Made by a program: the position numbers and the translations under genes. A stretch of DNA of 64,000 nucleotides, taken from positions 132,247-196,246 of the forward strand of contig AWSN01000001.1 of assembly GCA_000505065.1 (NCBI GenBank). The letters run 5' to 3'. Shown here in pieces: positions 27,746 through 36,969 of the stretch (its first letter is position 1; every line of letters starts with the position of its first letter). Below the pieces are notes generated by a model. It was not told where the DNA came from and did no database searches. It saw only the letters and a list, made by a program, of their open reading frames with translations. The DNA is from Parcubacteria bacterium RAAC4_OD1_1 (lineage in GTDB: Bacteria > Patescibacteriota > Minisyncoccia > Phycocordibacterales > UBA9973).

Positions 27746-28004
27746 CAAAACAAAATTTTTTGACACAATTCCTGTGTCCGAAAATACTTCCCCAGAAATA
27801 AATTCTTCTGGTACAGGAAATGATTTCCAAAGAAGGTATATTTTACCTTCTGAAATACCATAAAATCCAGCAGGGGGTGGCGGAAAGTTTGTTTCTTTTT
27901 TCATTTGATTTAAATTATTTGTTCATGTTCAATTTTGTGTATATTATATCACAAAAATAACTAGATGTCTATTAATAGATTTTTATACTTATCCACAGTT
28001 TTAG

Positions 28005-28070
28005 GTGGGGTATTGTGTTTGTTTTGTGGGATAAAGTGGTGTATAATATAAGAAGGTGGGATAAAGTGGG
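28005..28070 (+). promoter_or_regulatory. mraZ promoter with iterated GTGGG boxes (candidate MraZ autoregulatory operator)
   Basis: GTGGG at 28005, 28026, 28056, 28066 (+ gtggt 28037); 14 bp direct repeat gtgggataaagtgg x2; TATAAT 28042-28047; about 100 nt upstream of mraZ. Confidence 0.5.
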
Positions 28071-28169
28071 ACTAAAACATTTTTGCTATAAAAAAATGTT
28101 CGTCCGAACAAATTTTATTAAAATTTGTTTTAGGGAATATTAAAAATAACCTTATTTCACAATATTATT

Positions 28170-28604
28170 ATGCTTATCGGAGAATACACACATACACTTG
28201 ATGAAAAAAATAGAATGTCTCTACCTGTAAAGTTCCGTAAAGAAATGGGGAAGAGCGTTGTTGTGGCACCTGGGCTTGATAATTGTCTTGCTATTTATAC
28301 TGCAAAAGAATGGCAAAAGATTTCTAGTAAATTATCTGACTCTTCAATGCTAGCAAGTGATAATAGAAGTTTCTCGAGATTTATGTTTGGTCAAGCTGTT
28401 GTGGTAGATGTAGATACCAATGGCCGAATACTAATCCCGGAAAATTTAAAAAATCGTTCAGGCCTTACTTCAAAAGTTGTGGTGATTGGAGTACAAAATC
28501 GTGCTGAAATCTGGAATGAAAAAGCTTGGTCAGATTATAAAGGAGTGGTTGAAAAACAAGCTGATACATTAGCGGACAAGCTTGGGCAAATAGGAGTTCT
28601 TTAA
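28170..28604 (+). CDS. mraZ: Division/cell wall cluster transcriptional regulator MraZ
   Basis: Tandem MraZ domains (LDEKNRMSLP ... TNGRILIP). Confidence 0.85.
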   Translation: MLIGEYTHTLDEKNRMSLPVKFRKEMGKSVVVAPGLDNCLAIYTAKEWQKISSKLSDSSMLASDNRSFSRFMFGQAVVVDVDTNGRILIPENLKNRSGLTSKVVVIGVQNRAEIWNEKAWSDYKGVVEKQADTLADKLGQIGVL

Positions 28605-28605
28605 T

Positions 28606-29499
28606 ATGACACATATACCTGTTCTAAAAGATGAATTAATACAAAGTCTAAACATAAAAGAAGGCGATATCATTGTTGATGGTACATTGGGTGGCGGAGG
28701 TCACACCAGTGAAATCATAAAAATCTTTAAAGATAAAGTTAAAATTATTGGACTCGATCTTGATTTTGATGCAAAAGCAAGAACTCTTAAATCTATCGGT
28801 AATTTAAAAAATAATTTTACTTTTGTTAATCGAGGATTTCAAGAAATATCTGAGATTTTGAGAGAGATGGATATAAATGAAGTAAATAGTGTAATGCTTG
28901 ATCTTGGGATAAGTTCTTTCCAACTTGAAGTTTCAGAAAGGGGATTTAGTTTTAAAAAAGATGAACCACTACTGATGACAATGAAGAAAGACCCAAATGA
29001 AAATGATATTACGGCTTATGACATTGTGAATACTTGGGGGGAAAAAACTTTAGCAGATATTATTTACGGATTTGGTGAAGAACAATTTTCAAGGAGAATT
29101 GCTAAGGCGATAGTTCTAAGAAGGAAAGAAAAAGAAATTAAAACTACTTTTGATTTAGTGGAAATTATCGAAAATGCCGTTCCGTTATTTTACAAGAAAG
29201 GTAAAATACATCCCGCCACAAAGACTTTCCAAGCACTTAGGATAGCCGTAAACAGTGAACTTACAAATTTAGAACAAGTTATAGAAAAAGGTTTTAAAAG
29301 TTTGAAGAATAAAGGGAGAATGTCCATCATAACTTTCCATAGCTTAGAAGACAGGATAGTGAAAAGAGCATTTATAAATTTAAAAGATAAAGGAGTCGCA
29401 AATATTATTAACAAAAAGCCGATTTCGCCAAGTGAAATTGAATTAAAAGAAAACCCAAGATCACGAAGTGCAAAATTAAGGATAATAGAAAAAATATGA
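28606..29499 (+). CDS. rsmH: 16S rRNA m4C1402 methyltransferase RsmH
   Basis: HIPVL start, DGTLGGGGH SAM-binding motif. Confidence 0.85.
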   Translation: MTHIPVLKDELIQSLNIKEGDIIVDGTLGGGGHTSEIIKIFKDKVKIIGLDLDFDAKARTLKSIGNLKNNFTFVNRGFQEISEILREMDINEVNSVMLDLGISSFQLEVSERGFSFKKDEPLLMTMKKDPNENDITAYDIVNTWGEKTLADIIYGFGEEQFSRRIAKAIVLRRKEKEIKTTFDLVEIIENAVPLFYKKGKIHPATKTFQALRIAVNSELTNLEQVIEKGFKSLKNKGRMSIITFHSLEDRIVKRAFINLKDKGVANIINKKPISPSEIELKENPRSRSAKLRIIEKI

Positions 29500-29819
29500 C
29501 AAAAACAAAAATAGTAGCACAAACAATTACAAATGATATATATGTTCAAAAAATAATTTTTAAGTCATTGATTTTTTCTGTTGTTCTTATGTTTGTGGTG
29601 TATCTTTATCTTGTTGGGTCTATAACCTTTAATGTTCTTGCTCGTAAATCTTTAGAAAATACAGTAAAAATTTTAAATAATAATATAAGTCAGCTAGAAA
29701 TAGATTATTTTAATAAATCAAATGAAATAAATAAAGAATTTGCTACATCGCGTGGATTTGTTGATGTCTCAAATAGTATTTTTGCTTCTAGAAATATTAA
29801 TCAAGTTGCTGTTAGATAA
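29496..29819 (+). CDS. FtsL-like cell division protein (single TM + coiled coil)
   Basis: Position between rsmH and ftsI; 4 nt overlap with rsmH. Confidence 0.45.
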   Translation: MTKTKIVAQTITNDIYVQKIIFKSLIFSVVLMFVVYLYLVGSITFNVLARKSLENTVKILNNNISQLEIDYFNKSNEINKEFATSRGFVDVSNSIFASRNINQVAVR

Positions 29820-29827
29820 AAAAGTTT

Positions 29828-31543
29828 ATGGCAAAGACTTCACCTTTTATAATTCGAATAAGGATAGTCTCTGTCTTTGTACTTTTTGTTGCTTTTGTGC
29901 TTGTCACAAGGTTATTTTTTGTTCAAGTTATACATAAAAATTATTATGAAGAAAAAGCTGATAGGCAATTTGCTACACCTTCAGGAAATATTTTTGATAG
30001 AGGTAATATATTTTTTACAAAGAAAGATGGCTCACTTATTACTGCGGCTACTGTGTCTACTGGATTTAAAATTGCATTAAATACAAATAAACTTGAAGAT
30101 AAAGAAAATGCTTATACAAAACTATCACCATATTTAGAAATAGAAGAGAGTGTGTTTATGGAAAGAGCCAGCAAGATAAATGATCCATATGAAGAAGTTG
30201 CTATAAATCTAACTAAAGAACAAGCCGATGAGATAGAGAAAATGAAAATTCCTGGGGTTTCTATATTTAAAGATAATTGGAGATTTTATCCTGGAGAGAA
30301 TTTAGCTTCGCATACTCTTGGATTTATAGCTTATAAAGGAAATGATCGTGTGGGTCAATATGGACTTGAAAGATATTATAATGATGTTCTTTCCAAATCC
30401 AAAGATGAAATGTATGTAAATTTTTTTGCTGAGATTTTTTCAAACATAGAGGATTCTTTTAGTAGAGAAGAAAAAATAGAAGGTGATATAGTGACCACCA
30501 TTGAACCTCAAGTTGAATACATGCTTGAGTCAGAGCTCCGTTCTTCTTTAGATAAATGGGACGCAGAACTTGCAGGGGGGATAATTATGGACCCTATTAC
30601 AGGTGAGATATATGCGATGGCTGGAATGCCAGATTTTGATTTGAATAATTTTAAAGAAGTAAATAATATATCTATATACAGAAATCCTTTAGTTGAGAAT
30701 GTTTTTGAATTTGGTTCTGTTATTAAGCCTTTAGTTGTGGCCACAGGACTTGATCTTGGTGTTATAACTCCAGAGACTAATTATTATGATAGTGGGAGTG
30801 TGATAGTAAATAAAAAAGAAATAAAAAATTTTGATGATAAAGGTAGAGGAAATGTCACTGTTCAAGATATTCTTGATCAGTCTTTAAATACTGGGATGGT
30901 CTACATCGAATCTAAAATCGGCCACAGTAATTTTAGAAATTATATGAAATCATATGGTATCGGGGAACGTACGGGAATAGATTTACCAAATGAAACATAT
31001 GGTCTTATAAAAAATTTAGAAAGTCCTAGGGATATAGAATATGCTAATGCTGCTTTTGGGCAAGGTATTGCTCTCACTCCAATTGGGGCAGTACGAGCAT
31101 TCTCGTCTTTGGCAAACGGTGGTAACCTCGTCACTCCTCATATTATTAAAGAAATAAAATATGAAAATGGGGCTTCAGAGATTTTAGAATATCCTTACGT
31201 GAAAGAAAATTTAATAAAGAAAGAATCTGCTGATACCATTACTCGAATGCTTGTTCATGTTTTTGAATCATATAATAATGGGTCTTATAAAATAAATAGC
31301 CATAGTATCGCCACAAAAACAGGAACCGCACAAGTTGCAATGGAAGGAGGTGGAGGGTATTATCCTGATAAGCATATGCATTCATTTTTTGGATATTTTC
31401 CAGCTTACAATCCTAGATTTATAGTTTTTTTATTCTTAAAAGATCCAAAAGGAATTAGATATGCTTCAGAAACTCTTATTCCTCCATTTTTAAATATTAC
31501 AAAATTTTTACTTAATTATTATAATGTTCCGCCAGATAGATAA
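29828..31543 (+). CDS. ftsI: Peptidoglycan D,D-transpeptidase FtsI (PBP3-type)
   Basis: SxxK (GSVIKP), SxN (SLNTG), KTGTA motifs; dcw cluster position. Confidence 0.8.
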   Translation: MAKTSPFIIRIRIVSVFVLFVAFVLVTRLFFVQVIHKNYYEEKADRQFATPSGNIFDRGNIFFTKKDGSLITAATVSTGFKIALNTNKLEDKENAYTKLSPYLEIEESVFMERASKINDPYEEVAINLTKEQADEIEKMKIPGVSIFKDNWRFYPGENLASHTLGFIAYKGNDRVGQYGLERYYNDVLSKSKDEMYVNFFAEIFSNIEDSFSREEKIEGDIVTTIEPQVEYMLESELRSSLDKWDAELAGGIIMDPITGEIYAMAGMPDFDLNNFKEVNNISIYRNPLVENVFEFGSVIKPLVVATGLDLGVITPETNYYDSGSVIVNKKEIKNFDDKGRGNVTVQDILDQSLNTGMVYIESKIGHSNFRNYMKSYGIGERTGIDLPNETYGLIKNLESPRDIEYANAAFGQGIALTPIGAVRAFSSLANGGNLVTPHIIKEIKYENGASEILEYPYVKENLIKKESADTITRMLVHVFESYNNGSYKINSHSIATKTGTAQVAMEGGGGYYPDKHMHSFFGYFPAYNPRFIVFLFLKDPKGIRYASETLIPPFLNITKFLLNYYNVPPDR

Positions 31544-32849
31544 AAATATGAAGAAAATATTAAAAAAAATTATAGTTTATATTATTACACTTGAAGCTAA
31601 ACTGGTTATTAAAAGATATAAGCCTAAAATTATTGCCATTACAGGTTCAGTAGGGAAGACTTCTACTAAAGATGCCGTTTTTACTGTTTTGTCTAAATTT
31701 AAATTTGTAAGGAAAAGTGAAAAGAGTTTCAATAGTGAAATTGGCCTTCCCCTTACTATACTTGGTCTTCCAAATGGTTGGGATGATGTTTTTACTTGGA
31801 TTGAAAATATTTTTCGTGGCTTATTAATTATAATATTAAAAAGACCATATCCAGAATATCTTGTCCTTGAAGTAGGAGTAGGTAAGCCGGGCGATATAAA
31901 GAAAAATGTTGCTCCTTGGCTTTCCCCTGATATCGTTATTATTACTCGTTTTCCAGACAAGCCAGTACACGTAGAATTCTTTGGTTCAGTTGAAAAGGTA
32001 ATAGAAGAAAAAAGCGCTCTTGCTTATTGTTTAAAAAAAGATGGACTTTTAATACTTAATCATGATGATGAAAAGGTTTATTCTTTACACGAAAAGGCGA
32101 ATAGACGAACTGTTTCTTTTGGAGAAAATGAAAAAGCCACTTATCGTGCCACTTATCCTATTTATACTTATAAAAATGTAGGGAATACAAGTATACCCAA
32201 TGGGATAAATTTTAAATTAGAATATAATGGTAATACTTTTCCAGTTTATATGCCAGAAGTTTTGGGTATGCATTATATAGGGCAAGCTCTATCAGCTATT
32301 ATTTGTGCGAATGAGCTTGGTTGTGATTTGCTAAAATCAATATCTTTTATAGGGGAGTATCGTACTCCACCAGGGAGATTGTCTCTTATAGATGGGATAA
32401 ATGATTCTTATATTATTGATGACACTTATAATTCTTCTCCAGTAGCCGTAGGTGTGGCTCTTGGTTTACTTAAAGAAGTAAAAACAAAAAGGAAGATTGC
32501 TATCCTTGGAGATATGCTTGAGCTTGGTAAGTGGACAGAGGAAGAACATAGAGAGGTAGGATATAAAGTAAAAGATATTGCTGATATTATCATTACCGTC
32601 GGAATAAGATCAAAATTTATAAAAGACGGAGCAATAGAAAAAGGATTTAAAGAAAATAGTATTTATAGTTTTGACGATGCTTTATCTTGTGCTTCTTTTG
32701 TTAAAGATTTTGTAAAAAGTGGTGATGTCATTTTGGTGAAGGGATCACAAGGAGTTAGACTTGAGAGAGTGGTAGAAATCCTTATGAAAGATAAAGATAA
32801 TAAAAAGAAACTATTATGTAGACAAGATAGAGAATGGAAGAATAGATAA
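31524..32849 (+). CDS. murF: UDP-MurNAc-tripeptide:D-Ala-D-Ala ligase MurF
   Basis: ITGSVGKTSTKD P-loop, Mur ligase central and C domains. Confidence 0.8.
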   Translation: MFRQIDKNMKKILKKIIVYIITLEAKLVIKRYKPKIIAITGSVGKTSTKDAVFTVLSKFKFVRKSEKSFNSEIGLPLTILGLPNGWDDVFTWIENIFRGLLIIILKRPYPEYLVLEVGVGKPGDIKKNVAPWLSPDIVIITRFPDKPVHVEFFGSVEKVIEEKSALAYCLKKDGLLILNHDDEKVYSLHEKANRRTVSFGENEKATYRATYPIYTYKNVGNTSIPNGINFKLEYNGNTFPVYMPEVLGMHYIGQALSAIICANELGCDLLKSISFIGEYRTPPGRLSLIDGINDSYIIDDTYNSSPVAVGVALGLLKEVKTKRKIAILGDMLELGKWTEEEHREVGYKVKDIADIIITVGIRSKFIKDGAIEKGFKENSIYSFDDALSCASFVKDFVKSGDVILVKGSQGVRLERVVEILMKDKDNKKKLLCRQDREWKNR

Positions 32850-32977
32850 ATCCCCACACCTATATTTTTATTAATTTCATTATTTTTCTTTAAAATGAAG
32901 ATAATATTTAAATGATTGAATTTTGTAAAAGTAATACTGTCCGTTTTTTAAAACAATAAAAATATAGGTGTGGGGAT
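32849..32977. repeat. Perfect 21 bp inverted repeat (atccccacacctatattttta / taaaaatataggtgtggggat) flanking an 86 nt AT-rich loop, immediately after murF stop
   Basis: Exact reverse-complementary arms at 32849-32869 and 32957-32977. Confidence 0.5.
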
Positions 32978-33229
32978 AAATTTGACTTTATGTACTCAAT
33001 ATAATAATATAAAAATATGGTTAGTATTATCACAAAATCAAATAACAGTTTCTTCTTTTGGGGAAATTTTTATTATACTTTCGTTTGAAAGTTGATTTTT
33101 GATAATAATTAAATTCTCTAATATATTTATTCACAAAAACCAGCTTTCAAACGAAAACTGGTTTTTGTTCTTTTCTGTTGTTCTTTGAGAGTTAATAAAA
33201 TAAATATAAACAATTTAAAAATTTAAGTT

Positions 33230-33547
33230 ATGGGAAATAATGGATATTTTGTTGATGTTGTTGTAGGTTTTGAAGATACCTCAATTAATGATTCAAGTAA
33301 TATTACTTGTCGTGAGTTCTACAGGCAAATTCATGTTGCCGATAGGCCAAAAGGACATTCTGCGAATAGAATCATCATAAATAAATTTGATGAGATTATT
33401 GCAGTAAAATGCAGTTGTAGTTCTACTCACCCCGTACTTAAAAACGGGAAGTATTCTGTACTTTGGGATATGATAATAATTCCCAAATATATTGTGATCT
33501 ATAAAAATATGACACACAATAATTTTTTAAATTGTCTTAATTTATAA
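33230..33547 (+). CDS. Hypothetical protein (orphan, Cys-containing)
   Basis: ORF only; preceded by structured leader, followed by terminator. Confidence 0.35.
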   Translation: MGNNGYFVDVVVGFEDTSINDSSNITCREFYRQIHVADRPKGHSANRIIINKFDEIIAVKCSCSSTHPVLKNGKYSVLWDMIIIPKYIVIYKNMTHNNFLNCLNL

Positions 33548-33552
33548 AAATT

Positions 33553-33596
33553 AAAAAATCCGCTAGAGCTTTTTTGGGCCAGCGGATTTTTTTTAC
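33553..33596. terminator. Bidirectional terminator hairpin (aatccgct...agcggatt, T-run)
   Basis: 8 bp stem flanked by A-run upstream and T-run downstream. Confidence 0.5.
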
Positions 33597-33604
33597 CTCA
33601 AATT

Positions 33605-33970
33605 TTATTCGAGAATTAGTTCTTTCGAGAAAGGGAATTGTGTGACTTGAAAGTCAAACTTTTCTTTTTTCTTGAAATTAAAAAAATGTGATCTGTCAGT
33701 TTTTATCTTAACAAAATCACCATCATCAGTTTCAATAGTTACGAAATAGTTTGTAATTTTTATCACTTCCGGTATGGAAGTCGCAAAGTCTACAGGGGAT
33801 AAATCTCCTGCAAGAGTTTCTGATTGTTCTTGAGTTAGATCAAAAACAATACCACGGATTTCTTTCTTTTCTGGTATAAACATAAGAAAAAAATTCAATA
33901 AATTTTTCCAGAAAAGACTTGTGATAATTACTATCACAAAAGCAACGGATAAAAGAATTTTTGCTTCCAT
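33605..33970 (-). CDS. Hypothetical membrane-anchored protein
   Basis: N-terminal TM helix; no recognisable motif. Confidence 0.35.
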   Translation of the reverse strand: MEAKILLSVAFVIVIITSLFWKNLLNFFLMFIPEKKEIRGIVFDLTQEQSETLAGDLSPVDFATSIPEVIKITNYFVTIETDDGDFVKIKTDRSHFFNFKKKEKFDFQVTQFPFSKELILE

Positions 33971-34256
33971 AATTTTAGTTTTAAAGTTTATTTATTTTTT
34001 TTATACCATTTTTGTCATAAAAAGTCTAGGTAATGATTTTTTTGTAGCTATAGATAATTTTCTGCTGAGAATTTTCGCGACCTCATCTCGGCTCGTTAGC
34101 CTCCGACTGTCACAAATTAAAAAAGTGCTACTTAAATTTTTTTAATTTGTGAACCCATTGCGTGGCTTTCAGAACTAAGTAGGGACAGAGAATGGATTGA
34201 ATTAGGGATTAAGGAGTTGAGTTTGATACTTAAATAAGGTTCACGAAGTTCACACA

Positions 34257-34760
34257 TTAACCAATTTTATTTAATATCAAATCGGTAATCTCTTCAGGAT
34301 TAAATTTAGTAGTATCAATCTCTGTAAATTCTGAAAAATCTTTAGCTTGTTGCATACCATGTGTGTAATCAAATCTTTCTCTATCAGGCATCCTTTTTCT
34401 TTCTTCGCCTCTTTTTTGTATTCTTTCCCATAAAACTTCTTTTGGAGCAGAAAGATAAAACATATAAATATCTGTATTGTTCTTAATGGCAATATCTTTT
34501 AATTTGTTATCACGCTCTTTTGTAATTCCACTATCAATAACAACGTTCACGTTATTTGAAAGGAAAGAGTTAGTTAATGAAAATATTGCATCAAATGCTA
34601 CTGCGTTAAAATCATCAGTCGCTTTTGATTTAGTGATTAAATTTCTTATCATATCAAGCCCAACAAAAACAGTATTTTCCATTTTTTCTTTTAAGATTGC
34701 ACTAACTGTTGATTTTCCAGCACCCCTTGCCCCATCTAAAATTATAAGTTTTGCTTTCAT
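34257..34760 (-). CDS. P-loop kinase family protein (AAA_33/zeta-toxin-like fold)
   Basis: Walker A LDGARGAGKST; small kinase length. Confidence 0.45.
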   Translation of the reverse strand: MKAKLIILDGARGAGKSTVSAILKEKMENTVFVGLDMIRNLITKSKATDDFNAVAFDAIFSLTNSFLSNNVNVVIDSGITKERDNKLKDIAIKNNTDIYMFYLSAPKEVLWERIQKRGEERKRMPDRERFDYTHGMQQAKDFSEFTEIDTTKFNPEEITDLILNKIG

Positions 34761-35362
34761 ATTTTTATGTTAAATTTTAATAATTCATCATTAAGTTGTT
34801 CAACTGACTTAAATACAATTCCATTTAATCCATACTCTCTAGCTTTAAGAATATTTTTTTTACCATCATCTATAAACACAGTTTCTTCTGGTTTAACTCC
34901 AAGTTTTTGTAATGTAATATCAAATATTTCTTTATTAGGTTTCTTTATCCCTAGTTCCCAAGAGAATGATTTTATTTCAAATAAGTCTCTTATATACCAT
35001 TTATTCAATACATTTGCTTCAAACACTGTAGTATTTGATATAAAACCAAGTTTATAATTTTCCTTAAGTTTTAGTAGTAATTCCTTCATTCCAATAAACA
35101 TTGTTGCTTTTTCAATTCCTTCTCTGAATAAATTTATTATAAATTCTTCGTTTTCATTATTATGTTCAATATTAAATTCCTTAAGAAAATTTATTGCCAT
35201 TTCTTTTTCTGAACTCCAATTATTTAACTGAACAGAAGTCTCATATAGATGCATAAATTCGGATGATTTTTCAATTCCAAATTTGTCTTGCAATGATTTT
35301 GATATACCTACATTCTTAGTTCCAAGAGTTTCCCATAAATCAAAAATAATTGCTTTTATCAT
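34757..35362 (-). CDS. HAD-superfamily hydrolase
   Basis: N-terminal IIFDLWETLG (motif I-like), C-terminal VFIDDGKKN (motif IV-like). Confidence 0.6.
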   Translation of the reverse strand: MIKAIIFDLWETLGTKNVGISKSLQDKFGIEKSSEFMHLYETSVQLNNWSSEKEMAINFLKEFNIEHNNENEEFIINLFREGIEKATMFIGMKELLLKLKENYKLGFISNTTVFEANVLNKWYIRDLFEIKSFSWELGIKKPNKEIFDITLQKLGVKPEETVFIDDGKKNILKAREYGLNGIVFKSVEQLNDELLKFNIKI

Positions 35363-35449
35363 TACATTATTATATCAGATACTTGAAAAAGTTCTAAACT
35401 CTTAAAATGGTGTAAAAAACTACTTTAATAAATAAGGCTAAAAACGTTG

Positions 35450-35521
35450 TGACCTCACGGAGAATCGAACTCCGATTAGCGGATTGAGAACCCGCTGTCC
35501 TAACCGTTAGACGATGAGGCC
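35450..35521 (-). tRNA. tRNA-Glu (anticodon CTC)
   Basis: Reverse complement folds as acceptor ggcctca/tgaggtc, D-arm gtct-aacggtta-ggac, anticodon loop ttCTCaa, T-arm cggag-ttcgatt-ctccg. Confidence 0.8.
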
Positions 35522-35751
35522 AGTTAGATACATATAAAATACCAGAAAAATAGTCTTTTTACAAGAAGATAAAAATTCTTGTTTTTAATTAAAAAAATAG
35601 TTATTATATATAGAAATTTATGTAATTTTTACATATTGACAAATATCCCCAAATATGATACAATATAACAGAAGGTGGTTAGGGATGGTTAAATTGAATA
35701 GTTGATTTAATAAGTCATTTATTCAATTTAACCATTTTAAAATCAACCATT

Positions 35752-35952
35752 ATGAAAACAAAAATTAATTTTAAAAAAATTGCAAATAATTTTGCAATAG
35801 TGTACATTTTACTTTCAATAATTGATGCTGGTATTGGCGGTTTGTTGTCACCCATATTGTTTTGTATTCCAGTTTTAATTACGGGAGTTGTGAGTTCTGC
35901 AATATTGTTTGCGGGGCTTGAAAAAAAATATTTTTCCGGGACAGGATCGTAA
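35752..35952 (+). CDS. Small two-TM membrane protein
   Basis: Hydrophobic 66 aa ORF followed by terminator hairpin about 35975-36015. Confidence 0.3.
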   Translation: MKTKINFKKIANNFAIVYILLSIIDAGIGGLLSPILFCIPVLITGVVSSAILFAGLEKKYFSGTGS

Positions 35953-36042
35953 CCGGAACGAAGAGGGGGGATCTGAAGCGTATGAAGTTTAACTTCTGCG
36001 CTTCTTTTTTATATTCATATTTATTTATGCTATAATTTATTT

Positions 36043-36732
36043 ATGGAAGATTTAGGGAATTTGTATATAGTAGCAACACCAATAGGTAACTTAGAAGATA
36101 TAACTCTTCGGGCTATTCGAATACTCAAAGAAGTGGACTATATACTTTGTGAAGACACTAGGACGACAGAAAATTTACTCAGGCATTATGATATAAAAGC
36201 CAAAACGATGAGCTATCATGCTCATAGTTCAATGGGTAAAGAAAATACAATAATAAACCTTTTAAAAAATGGCAAGAACCTAGCTCTTGTTTCTGACGCC
36301 GGGACACCTTGTATTTCTGACCCAGGAGTAATGCTTGTTTCTTCTATTTATAAAGAATTTGGAAATGATGCAAAGGTAATTCCCATTCCAGGACCGAGTG
36401 CTCTTATTTCTGCACTTTCTTCTTCTGGTGTATCTGTAGCCGAATTCACATTTCTTGGTTTTTTACCACACAAAAAAGGTAGAGAAACTATTTTTAAAGA
36501 AATTTCAAATTCAAAAAGAGTCATTGTTTTTTATGAATCAGTTCATCGTATTTTAAAGACTTTGGCTTCACTTATAAAACATACTCCAAATGGAAAGGTG
36601 ACAATAGGACGTGAACTTACAAAACAATTTGAGCAATTTGTAAAAGGTAATCCAGAAGAGATACTTAAATATTTTGAATTAAATAAAGACAAAATAAAAG
36701 GGGAATTTGTGGTTATTGTAGAGCCAAAGTAA
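36043..36732 (+). CDS. rsmI: 16S rRNA 2'-O-ribose C1402 methyltransferase RsmI (tetrapyrrole-methylase fold)
   Basis: LYIVATPIGNLEDITLRAIRILKEVDYILCEDTR N-terminus. Confidence 0.8.
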   Translation: MEDLGNLYIVATPIGNLEDITLRAIRILKEVDYILCEDTRTTENLLRHYDIKAKTMSYHAHSSMGKENTIINLLKNGKNLALVSDAGTPCISDPGVMLVSSIYKEFGNDAKVIPIPGPSALISALSSSGVSVAEFTFLGFLPHKKGRETIFKEISNSKRVIVFYESVHRILKTLASLIKHTPNGKVTIGRELTKQFEQFVKGNPEEILKYFELNKDKIKGEFVVIVEPK

Positions 36733-36750
36733 ATAGGGTATAATAGAGGG

Positions 36751-36966
36751 ATGAGAAAAGAAAGAACTTTATTTATTATGGGTTTTTGGGTGGCACTCTT
36801 GCCATTCCTTGGTTTTCCAAATAATTGGAGAAAAATATTATTCATTATTACTGGGCTTTTATTAATTTATTTATCTTATCTTTTTTATTTAGAAACAAAA
36901 AGAAGAATCAAAAAAACAAGAGAGGATACAGAGAATTTTGTGGACAATATAGGTAGTAGTGAATAA
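36751..36966 (+). CDS. Small two-TM membrane protein
   Basis: ORF/hydrophobicity only. Confidence 0.3.
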   Translation: MRKERTLFIMGFWVALLPFLGFPNNWRKILFIITGLLLIYLSYLFYLETKRRIKKTREDTENFVDNIGSSE

Positions 36967-36969
36967 TCT

